From: Octopus vulgaris
Taxonomy: Eukaryota
DNA length: 64,000 nucleotides
NCBI GenBank assembly: GCA_951406725.2
Contig: OX597816.1
Location: 89,590,001 to 89,654,000, forward strand
Direction: 5' to 3'
Each line of letters begins with the position of its first letter. Position 1 is the stretch's first letter. Made by a program: the position numbers and the translations under genes. The notes below the pieces were generated by a model. The model ran no database searches. It was not told where the DNA came from and saw only the letters and a list, made by a program, of their open reading frames with translations. Shown here piece after piece: positions 52,909 to 64,000 of this stretch.

Positions 52909-53183
52909 GGCATCCCAAAACTCCTCTCCAGTTAACTAAAACATCTTTTGCTTCACATTCCTTGATAAAACTTTCGAAAGTTTGGCAAATGGCATTCCTT
53001 TTATACCTAGCTGTCATACTATAAGCGCAAACATCAATCTTGCAAGAGTCCAAATATTGTCTGGCTACTTCCTTTCTTAAGCTCTTCACACATTGTCCAA
53101 AAATACCATTCTCGTTTGTCATAAGTTCACAAACACTAGTTAATATTGGATCGCAATCGGTAGTGATATCTGTGACATTGCAT
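52909..53183 (-). CDS. Host gene (FCGBP/zonadhesin-like) exon: C8 domain, repeat unit A
   Basis: Acceptor ttgattgtAG, donor GTgagt, 275 bp, phase 2->1. Translation CNVTDITTDCDPILTSVCELMTNENGIFGQC...YLDSCKIDVC...CQTFESFIKEC...NWRGVLGC has the C8 cysteine pattern. Confidence 0.88.
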
Positions 53184-54181
53184 CTACAATCAAAATAATA
53201 GGAAGGAAAATTCATTAATATACAAAATTCATTACCTTTTCATTAATGAGCTATCTATCGTGTTAACATAACATTTTGATGAAGAGAAAGAGTGCTACAA
53301 TTTAAATGATAGGTAAAAGTATTAATTGCGGAAGATAAGTGTAATACTGACTCATGACAAAAGTTGTGTTCTCTGACTTCCACACAAATTTAATCGGGGA
53401 ACATGGCTGAATGAATTCATATATATATATATATATATATATATACTAGCATTAAAGACCCGTCGATGCCGGGTCATAGTGCTAGTGCATGTATATATGT
53501 GTATATATATGTGTACATATTACATGTACATCTATATATATACATCTATACATAAAATACAAAACACAAAGTTATATCTTGATATCGCTAGTGATAACAA
53601 TACTCAAAATATATAACAGACTGGAATTGTTAGCCCGTCTCTTGTAATTTCGATCAATTGTATCTTGTCCTCCCTCTTGTATAGAAGTGTGGCTACAATC
53701 CAGCCTACCTATACTTCGGGGGGGGGGGGGGCATTTAAAATTTTTTTCCGAGACGTCCTACGTCCCAGATATAAAAGTAAAAATAAAATATTTCCACTTG
53801 CAAGTTCGAGTCGAGTACTCCCTTGCACGCTCCGTTGACTCGAACCTTGCTTCTATTGTGGCGAATTTACCGCCTCTGGTTAGATACCTTTCATAGTCGC
53901 ACCAAGACACTTTTCCAAGGTGCTTTCCTCCATGTTGTTTTATTATTACCCACAAGGGGCGAACATAGATGGGACAATACAATCTGATGATGGGGTCAGA
54001 CACACGAATGGGTTTTTACAATAAATCGAATTTAAAAATTTTCATGAATCACAATAAATGGACAGAAATCGAATGATGGGACAGACCGGAAGACATTACG
54101 GGTGGAGTGGGTGCGGGTTTAGCTCGGACCCCACGAGCCCCGCCTCCCCACTGATACTTTTGGTTGCGCTTGGTATTACAT

Positions 54182-57100
54182 TTATGTTGTATCTTTCACT
54201 CGCAACTTTCGTGCTACATCCTTCCATCGTTCTTCATACACTCTCCTAGTCAGGCATATTCTCTCCAGCCCTATCTTCCTTTTCAGGTGAAAGATGAAAT
54301 AATTCATCAAACCAGGGCCGGAGATGAACTTGCCTGACTGTAAACCTTTCATTCTCGTCTTCCATATCACCTCTTTCGCAATTGCTACTACAACGAGAAA
54401 ACGAAACTTACCTTCATTCACGAGGAAATCCGGTGGGTCAATTTTTGTAATCGACTCAGTCGACAGCTGTACTCTTCGTGTACCTGACAACAGCTGTTCG
54501 GCATAAACCCACACCTCAGACACGTCCGGACAATGAACAATAGCGTGCGGGACGGTTTCCCTATCCCGCCCGCATCTTGGACATATCGGACTGTCTTGGC
54601 CACCATGCCTTGCGAGTTTATCCCGAACAGGTAGAGCTCCTCTGTAGCATTGCCATGCCAGAGACTTCTGGAAGTTGTCCAGTGTCCTCGGCCTGAACGT
54701 ACGTCGGAACAGACTGGCCAGCTGATTATCGTCGAGACCCAGGGTTTCCCCCAAGGTATCTTCACATTCCGCCTCTACCAACCCTCTATAGAAGAATGTG
54801 GTGGAACCCCCACCGCAGGCGTTGCCCGAGCGACGGAATAGCAGGAGAGCCTTGCGACACTCCGTGTACCAAGTACCAAGTTTCGATCTACGATTCAGCC
54901 AGGTTTCCCATCCACCGAAACTAGAACTTGAAACACAGTTTTGCTAGCGAAGACCACACCCGTTCACCATCCAGGTAGAGCCACAGATGTCTTAACCTCA
55001 GCGCATGTCTGCGCATCATCAGCCAAGGCATCCCTAGCCCACCCTTTAACGGTTGTTGACAGCAAGTAGAGCGTTTCACAAGTGGTTTCCCGCCCTTCCA
55101 CAAGAAGTAGAAGAGCTGTCTTTCCAACTTGATCAACCACGAATCAGGGCAAGGAACGACGGAAAGGCGGTAGGTGATAACCGATGCGATAAACACATTG
55201 GCCACCTCCGCCCTCCCTTTCAGGGATAGCCACCGCCAAGACCAGGTCTTGGCTACTGCAGCCACCTTGCTCGTTACCTCGCCCCAATTCTTCTCTATTT
55301 GGAGGTCTGGACCGAACCAGACCCCTAGCAGTTTAATCGGACCCTCCGTCCAACGTCCCACGACGCTGTCAGGAGGCATCGACTTGCCTCTCCAGGTGCC
55401 GAGTTGCAAGCCGACTGACTTTTCGCGATTAACTTTTGCTCCTGTCACCGTCTCGTAAACCTCTATGGCCTTGCCTACTTTACATAGGTGGTCCATTTCG
55501 GTTACGATGATGGTGATGTCATCCGCGTACGCTGACACTGATTTTCCATTACCTGGCTGTCTCGGGATGCCGCTCAGTTTTCGCAGTAATGGCTCAAGAG
55601 CCATCACGTACAAAAGCGGGGAGAGCGGACACCCTTGACGAACCGAGCGTTTGATTTTGAACGGCTTCGACAAGAAGCCGTTCACCCGAACTACCGAGTC
55701 GATGTTATCATAAATTTGGATAATCCACCTGAGGAAGCCAAGGCTCAGCCCGAACTGTGCCAGGGCAGATACCAGGTAACGATGGTCGACCCTATCAAAA
55801 GCTTTAGATTGGTCTAAATGGACCAGTGCCCCACCCTTGCCAGAATCACTATTAAACCCCTCTATAGTGTACCGCATTAGATGGAGATTATCCTGAATGG
55901 ATCTGCCCGGAACGGCACATGTCTGTGCCTCTCCGATCAGACCATCCGCGACACGCGCCAATCTTTTCGATAACACTTTGGCCAAAATCTTCAACTCTGT
56001 GTTTAGCAGAGTGATGGGCCTGAAATTATCAATGCACTCCCCCTTGCTCGGGTCCTTTCTGACGAGAGTCACTACTCCCCGGCGCACAGATCTGGGTATA
56101 AGCCCGTTCTGCTGCCAGTTCGCATAGACCTCCGCCAGTAGGTGCCCGAACAAGTCTGGCATACTCTTATATAACTCATAGGGTAGACCATCCAAACCCG
56201 GCGCCTTGCCCGCGCCGCAGTCCGCCATTGCCTCAACCACCTCCTCAGGCGTGATTGGCCCTTCACAGCCCTCCGCATCTCGCCCCGATAAGCGCGGCAG
56301 ACCGTCGAGTAGGTCCGTAAAGGCCCTCCTCCTATCCAGTCCGCCGCACTCACCGAAAAGCTGAGTGAAGTGCTCCTGAAAGGCCTCACACATCTCCTCG
56401 GGTTCGTTTATCAACTCACCTTGTTGGTTCGTCAAAGATCGAATCGTGGCATCGTTACCATGCTGAGCTTCCACCACTCGGGCCCATCTCACGGCGTTGA
56501 TTCCTTCACATCCCATATGACGGATTCTAGCCCTGACAATGCAGCCCATGTGTTTGGCCTCGAGGTGCTGGTTTAACACCAGTCTCTTGGACGCCACCTG
56601 AGCCGCAGAGCCAGTTTTCATGGCTTCCTCTAATTCCTTAACTAGAGTAGTTTCCTTTCTAGCCTCTCTAGCCACTACTCCTATGCTATATCTAATAGAC
56701 TCAAACTTAATGGCTCGTTTGAGGGCGTACCACCATTTGTTATTAATGATGGTACCAGATAGTGCCCTCTGAATTATATTCCTAATCCGGTCTTTGTACT
56801 CCTTAATCGCCAAAAGGGACGTATTAAGTTTCCAGTAACCGGATCCTCTATTTTTAACCTTATCTATGTCAAGCTTACAAGTGACCATTTTATGATCACT
56901 GTAGCTGATCGGGTAAAACTGTGGACACTTAGCTATTTTACTGTCTACTTTTCTAATTAGTATTCTATCTAAATATGACCTGGAAGATCCGTCGCTGTTT
57001 GACCATGTCCACAATGGAGCGTTCGGAAATTCCAGCCTATAAGGATCTGCTAGCTCAAAGCGGCTTAGCAGTTCCATGAAGCCACTGTTGCCTTTTCTAT

Positions 57101-57572
57101 CTGGACGCGAGCCAACACAATCTACATCCGCTTTGCAAATTGTGTTAAAGTCTCCTAGCACCACTAATGAATGCGAAGTACCAAGAAAGTTTTCTAGTTC
57201 ACGAAAATAATCACTTTGCCCTGTATGGTTGGGTGCGTAAATTGCAACCAGTCTGATAACTTTACCATTACTGAACGTCAAATCCATGACGACCAGCCTA
57301 CCTTCTGGATCTGCAAAAATTAACTTTTTCTCAGAAACCCGGTTTCTTTTTAATAGGACCAACACCCCACTCCCGCCTGTAGGACTGCCAGGAGAGAAAA
57401 AACTCTCGTAGCCGTCAAACAGCGGGAGTAGACCTCTTGGCCCCTCTAACCGGGTTTCTGTAGCAACAATAACATCTAAATTACGCGACCTGATATCATG
57501 CAGGAAGCGACCTTGCTTCCAGCCTGCTCCCAGGCCGCGCACATTCAAACAACCAACATAAATGTAATCCAT
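54182..57572 (-). pseudogene. Tx1 ORF2: AP endonuclease, RT and zf-RVT, with one frameshift near 54920
   Basis: LNVRGL, ETRL, GDFN, YLDRI, SDH (APE); KAPGLDG, FRPITLLN, DQSKAFD, VRQGCPLSP, YADD (RT); CPRC..ET..H..C. Confidence 0.93.
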
Positions 57573-57574
57573 TA

Positions 57575-58967
57575 CTTACCTTATATCAGTGGTTCGGTTT
57601 TCTCTTGTTCTTCTAACTCTTTTTCTGGGCCTCGTGGGGGAGTCTGACGTAGGCCCTCGAATATATGTGGAGATGTCACATCCAATCTAAGTGGGCCTAC
57701 GTCATGGAAGAATTCTGACTTTATCCGCCCGTAATCCTTCCGGCCTATTCTGTAAATTACAAAGTCGTTTTTTTCACTACTTTCTCCACTTTGGCCATGG
57801 CTGCCAACACGTTTCCGAGTCTGCTATTTGCTGCCTTTACGGCCATATACGAGTTCATTGACTCTTTTTTCTTTTTTAAAATTACTCTGGGAGGGGTGGT
57901 TTCCGTTTTTTTTTTTTTTTTTCCGGTAATTTTTGCCCACCCCTCCTCATTTATCTTTTCCTCGCTCTTTTTTTCCTCCGCCGCTGGTTCTGCTGTCACC
58001 GTCACCTCCACACCTTCAGTCTTCCCTTCTGGGCCGTCCGACGCTGCTTCTGGTGACACATTATCTTCTTTTTCTTTTGGCTTTGGTGCTTCCTGCGGTT
58101 TGGGTTGGGGTTGGCATTCCGCCCTTACATGACCCTTCTTGCCGCAGCCGAAGCACCTCGGCTTCCTGCCCTCCACGAAAACTGTTATTTTCTCGTCTTC
58201 ACTAATCTTTACCGTTTCTGGAATTTCTTCCAGTGTTTGCACCTCCGCCTGAATGGCTATCACTATTTTCTGCCCTTTCCAGAACTCCTCTTCCTCCACT
58301 GTGGCCTGGAGGATGTTTATTTTTTCCTCCAGACCTACCATCACTGCTGCCACCAGACATTCAGCATCTGCCTCTGGCGGTATGTTGTTCATTGAAATTT
58401 TCGACGTCCTTTTTCCTTTATACAATGGTAGTAAGACAATGTTTTCTGTTTTGATCGGCTCCATCGATAGTTTTTTCGCTATCTCCTCCGTAGTAAAACG
58501 CACCTCCACTGTGCCGTATCTTTTTCCTCTGTTTATATACGTTATTTTATCCATAAAAGGTTTTAGACAAAACTCTATTTTTTTTCTTCGATTTTTTGGA
58601 TCATTTTTGTCGTTGTGTCGTAAGTTTTATATATTATTCTTTTTTTTTCTATATCGTCATGTTTTTGTATGTTTGTGGCCACAGTCACTTCTGTGCCCTC
58701 TTTTTTTACACAGTCTGCAAATTTTTCCAAATTTTCTATATTTATTTTTTTAATCTTTTTCCCAGCCACTTCAGCGAATTTTTTCGCTGGAGTTGATGCT
58801 GGTACTGGTTTTTCCATTTTCTTGGGCGACGCCGCCTCTTTTTTCTTCGGCGACAACGCCTCTTTTTTTCTTGGCGACAACGCCTCTTTTTTTCTTGGCG
58901 ACAACGCCGGGTATTCATCCTCGCTCGTCACGGGCGAATAAGAGATGGGGGACTCCATCTTGAACAA
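57575..58967 (-). pseudogene. Tx1 ORF1 gag-like protein, frameshifted
   Basis: CFGCGKKGHVRAEC zinc knuckle and N-terminal ALSPRKKE repeats; split into ORFs 58575-58967 and 57757-58554. Confidence 0.85.
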
Positions 58968-60189
58968 ATGGCTTTAACAAGCCTTTGGTAAATCCAAATT
59001 AATTGTAGTTTTCCCCCACGGAGGGGGGAACACCAACGCGAAGTCTTCGCGCGAAGGCTGACTTCGTCAGTTAGACAACAATAGACAAAACAAGTAGACC
59101 AACAGTATATAATAACAGAGATAATAGTACGAGAGCAAAAATATATCAACTTACTAATAAACGCAAAAAATTTATTTCCTCCATGTGTTCACATCTTTTT
59201 TCTCTACATTGTATACTTTATAGACAATAGTCTTTTCTTTAATTTAATTTTTTATTATCCATCTGGACTATTCCATATCTGCACGCTAATTTTATTTTTA
59301 ATTTATTCCCATTCATGTGAAACCACTTATTCAAGTTCAAATCATTGATGCAATTTTTTACCAATTGCTATTTTTACTTTTGTTATGTTACGCTTATATT
59401 ATACTTTAGTTTCATTTTAATTATTACTTTCTACATATAATTCAATTGTTATTATTATTTTTATTGTTAAAGTGAAAGTATCTGACATAAAATAGAGAAA
59501 CGTTTTTGTTTCACTTTTAACACGTAATACTGAAATAGTGGAGAAGATATGATATTGCTATGGGCTCGTTCTAGGCAAGAAGTTGAACATTTTTTGCCCA
59601 TAAAACTACATGGACCCTAAGTAAGGCATGTGTAAAATTTGAATGGAATTGGTTGTGTAGTTCTCAAGTTTTAGGGAATCGTAGTGGAGAAGATATGATA
59701 TTTCTGTGGGCTCGCCCTAGGCAAAAAGTTCAAAAATTTTTGCCGATGACACTCCCCGGATCCTAAGTAAGGCACGTGTAAAATTTGAATGAAATTGGTT
59801 GTGTAGTTCTCAAGTTTTAGGGAAACACACAGACAGACAGACAAACAGACAGGCAGACACACATTCTCAGTTTTATATATATAAAGATATATATATATGT
59901 GTGTGTGTGTGTGTCTATGTATGTATATATGTATATATATAAACACGCACACGAACGCATGGATTTCATGAGCGAAGGTGTCAGTTTGTTCTGACAGTTG
60001 ACGACCTGTTTAGATTGTTTAGGTCATTCCAACTTCACGGCTCAGCAAAAAACATTGATGGAATAAGTACCAGAGATGTAAAGATATTTGGATGTGCAGA
60101 TGTCCTTCCAGCGTTTATATATGTATGTATGTATGTATGTAAGGATATATGTACGTAGTCATCTGTATCCGGACTAAGTCTAGACTTCA

Positions 60190-60256
<67 letters not shown>

Positions 60257-60640
60257 TATTACAGTTTTATAATTATGAGTCACAACGATTCTGCCAAAGA
60301 TCCAGTGATGGTTGATTCATTAATTGATTTATTTAATCATTAATAGAGAAACCTCGGACCTAAACTGATATTTTTATTTCTTTTAAATTGTCCTGCTCGC
60401 TTCCAATAAAAGCACTCTAAATAAGAATGTTCTTTCGTGATTTGGTAATTTGAATTCCTTTTCAACATGTAAGAAAACCACATGGTGATCTTCCCTCCGT
60501 GTATAAATTTTATGCTCTCATATATATTGTAAAAATATTTATGTCTACTGATATTTTTTACGCAAGCTAGTCAATGGTATAAATGATTATTTTCATAATT
60601 TTTACCCTTTATATACATATATTTATACATATTTGAATGT

Positions 60641-60709
<69 letters not shown>

Positions 60710-60940
60710 TATTAGCTTTTGATAAAATGTTGTAGTATGAAACAATTGTACAAAATTACCGGATTCATTCTTGTTGCTTATTTTTTATTATAATCACCCC
60801 GCATATTTTTATGGGTAATACCATAAAAAAATTCTGGTACATCTAAATTAAGTACCATATTCATTTGAATCTTAATTGTTTGCTGAACTTATAATTCCAT
60901 ACATTGTGTATGATTTCTGGTACTTAACTTCTCAACAAGA

Positions 60941-63745
60941 ATGGAAAAGGTAAATATAGAGTTTCCCTTAAAGATATCCCCTTACATAGTAAGGATGAAT
61001 ATATTTGGCTACTGATCCACAGAACCAACGAATTTATCAGAAGAATTAGATGGATTACCTACCACTACGATATTAAACAGAATAAGGACCCTCAATCAGC
61101 ACATATGGATAAGAACTACAAAAGGATTTTTAGAAGCAGAAAGAGCCCACCTCCGAACCCACTTCTTGAAAACTTTGAAAAAGATCTACTGGACCTTATC
61201 GCGAATATAAAATTTAAGGAGCATCCACTGAGATACAATCCACACCTTAAATATCTTAAGGATTTTATTAATTCGATTCGGAATAAACAAGGCATCTTAG
61301 TCCCAGCAGACAAAACAGGATATCTTTATAGATTGGATTATACGCTTTACAGCAGACTCATTAAGAAGGAGCTTAACTTAAGGTATAAAATAACAACCAA
61401 GAATAATTTGAAAAAATTAATCTAGAAATCAAAAAAGTTATGGAAAATTACAATTTGATTGACAGAACGGAGCCTCTTATACCTTGTGAACCCAGGATCA
61501 ATCTTAAGGACCATAAGAAAAATGTCTTAGAAAACCCTTCGGTAAGACTCATATGTCCAACTAAGTCGGACATTGGTCGACTTAGTAAATCTATCTTGGA
61601 CAATATTCTACCCCAAATAACTCCTAATTTTCCCTTAAGTCTATGGTTTAATACAGATGAAGTAATAGATTGGTTTAATTCTCTAGATAACACTAATAGA
61701 ATCTCTTTTATCCAATTTGATATCAATAATCATTATTCTAGTATATCCCCAATTTTACTAAATAAATCGCTTATTTTTGCTATGAATCGCCCTCTTATAT
61801 CTAGAGAAGAAATTGACATAATCCTCTTAGCTAGAAAAACTATCATTGAATTTAAAGGTAAATTATGGACTAGGGCGGATACCCCTAATAATTTTGATAT
61901 ACCTATGGGCTCTAGCGATTCAGCTGAGATAACGAATCTAGTAGGGGCATACTTATTAAAATGCATAAACAAGGAGATCCCTGAGTTACAAGGTGGTCTG
62001 TATAGGGATGATGCTCTGTTCGTTGTACCTAGCAATAGTAAATCAAGCATTGAAAGGATTAAAAAGAAAATTAATAAATTCTTTAAAGATTTTAACCTTA
62101 GCATTACTTACGAACCTGGCACTAAGATAGTTAATTTCCTAGATGTCACCTTAAACCTTAATTCAAAACTACATTATCCATTTAGAAAGGAAGGCGAAAT
62201 CACTAGATATGTAAATAAGTTAGCTAATCATCCCCCTAATATAATAAAATCATTAGTTAAAAATATTTCCCTAAGAATTTCTAAATTGTCATGTAATAGT
62301 GATATATTTAACTCTCACTCTAACCATTACAATACCGCATTATCTAAAGCAGGATATGATCAAGAAATTACCTTTCTCGATAAGGATAGCTTGTATCTTC
62401 CGAACAATGAAGCGAATATAAATAACGTAAACAATAATAGCTATCATACCCTACATAAAAATAGATTTATGGTGAGGAAAAATCTAGTGTATAAACCAAA
62501 TTATATGAGTAAAAATATTGACCAGATCATAAGTAACTTTGAAAAAACTAATTTAGATAAATCTAATAAACATGCAAATAGAAGTAAAACGAATAATAAT
62601 TCTCGTAAGAATGGTAATAATGCATCTCACCCCAACTCATACTTAAACAAAAAATATAAAAGAGAAAATATCATTTGGCTAAATATTCCCTTTAATTGTG
62701 CGATCTTGTCGAATGTGTACAGTAAATTTAAATCTATACTAGAAAAAACTTCCCAGCCTCCCATAAATATCATAAAATAATTTCTAAGAGAACAGTTAGG
62801 ATTTCATATTCAACCCTCATAAATATGTCTACCATAATAGCTAGACTTAATAGTAAAAACATTAAGTTAGCCAGGAGTAGAACGATTAGTATCAACATGG
62901 ATAGTAATAATAATTGTAATAACAGCATCAAAAATAGAAATAACAATAATAATCATTATCGCAATGATAACAACAATAATAATAATAATAATAACAATAA
63001 TATTAATAAAAATAATTATAATGGTAATAATAGGGATAATAAAAATAAAAATAATACTAAAAATGATGATAGCAATAATATTAATAACAATAATAACAAC
63101 ATTGATATAAATACAAATAATGATAATAGCAATACCAGTAATGTAGGTAGTATAGGTATTGGTATGTTAGATGGGAATGATAGTGTAAATGATCAATAAA
63201 TAGTAACCCCATTTTAGATAATAACATGACCACTAATAATGAAAATAATACTAATAATATTACTAATAACATTATAAATAACAGTAATGTGAGAGAACTA
63301 TCCTTAAATAATTCTAAATCTGAAAAGTATCCTCCCAGTTGCAATTGTAGCATTAGATCAAATTGTCCGGCATCTAGTCGTTGTTCGGCCCAAAATGTAA
63401 TTTATAAATGCACTATATTCTAACGGTAAATTCTTTTATCTTGGTTTTTCTGTTAATTTTAAACAACGTCTTAACAATCATCTCTCCTCTTTCCGTTTGA
63501 AACATAAGGCAGGTTGCACTACACTATCTAGCAAAACTAATAATATAGAATACAACCTAAAATGGGATATAGTTAGGAGGGCAAAACCTTATAGAAATAA
63601 TAGAGTAGGATGCCAACTCTGTTCTATGGAAACCTATAACATTTTTAAGTATCGAAGTAATAAAAATCTACTAAATAATCGTCTAGAGTTAGGTTAGTCT
63701 TGCATTCATTCAACAATTAGAACTTTCAAATATTTTAAATAGAAA
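60941..63745 (+). mobile_element. Penelope-like element (probably Hydra-like clade): RT plus C-terminal GIY-YIG, frameshifted
   Basis: SLKDIP..RIRW, VPADKT, LKDHK, RLICPTKS, FDI..Y.SI, PMGS, GLYRDD, VNFLDVTL, CNCx5Cx5C linker, VIYKC..YLG..FKQR..NH and CQLC..E..LLN. Adjacent to (TA)n. Confidence 0.88.
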
Positions 63746-64000
63746 TATAAGGTTTTTCTACTTTTTAACTGTAACTTTTTAATATAATAATAATATGAGA
63801 TATACTATACTAACCTTTAATTTACTTCTATAGTCAACTGGATTAACCTCACTATAATCATGAAATTGCATCTTTCCCCAAATCTATTCTAATTTTAAAG
63901 TATAATACCATTCCCCCAGTTATAAAATACGATACCTTCTATAAATTAGATGAAGTTTTGCTCCCCTACCCTTTGTAAAAGAATTTAATTGACCTCTGGA

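Larger units (their letters stand above)
53936..59174 (-). mobile_element. Full-length Tx1/L1-clade LINE with a 12-bp TSD
   Basis: TTTCCTCCATGT at both 53924-53935 and 59175-59186; ORF1 plus ORF2 inside. Confidence 0.92.
53446..59887 (-). mobile_element. Non-autonomous Helitron interrupted by the Tx1 LINE
   Basis: Minus-strand 5' end TCTTTATATATATAAAACTGAGAATG(TCTG)n; 3' end GACCCGGCATCGACGGGTC hairpin then CTAG. Internal blocks are homologous to 22045-22110 and 22410-22600. Confidence 0.75.

Noticed and set aside
59530-59825. Two ~140-bp direct repeats
   Set aside because: Internal tandem duplication in the non-autonomous Helitron 5' region; no spacers, so not CRISPR-like.

Overview
AT-rich, repeat-dense animal (eukaryotic) genomic DNA; the SINE and microsatellite content is suggestive of an octopus/cephalopod genome, which is an inference. 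One host gene runs on the minus strand across almost the whole window. Thirteen GT-AG exons can be joined in a single open frame, encoding C8-TIL-(TILa/EGF-like)-VWD-C8-TIL-(TILa/EGF-like)-Pro-rich linker-PAN-PAN-like-stop. This is the 3' part of an FCGBP/zonadhesin-like protein built by tandem duplication of an exon block; its 5' end lies beyond 64000. The introns are packed with mobile DNA: a stack of 5'-truncated Dong/R4-like RLE LINEs at (TAA)n sites, mariner, Tc1 and Tigger relics, a near-complete Helitron plus non-autonomous Helitrons, a truncated Gypsy element with a -1 frameshift signal, a full-length Tx1/L1-like LINE with a 12-bp TSD, two Penelope-like elements, tRNA-derived SINEs and several long fold-back inverted repeats. 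The most notable observations are the ~40-bp 3' tail shared by the local SINE and the Tx1 LINE, the TA-targeting palindromic/permuted elements, the minimal hammerhead-like motifs, and the asymmetric intron expansion after the exon-block duplication.
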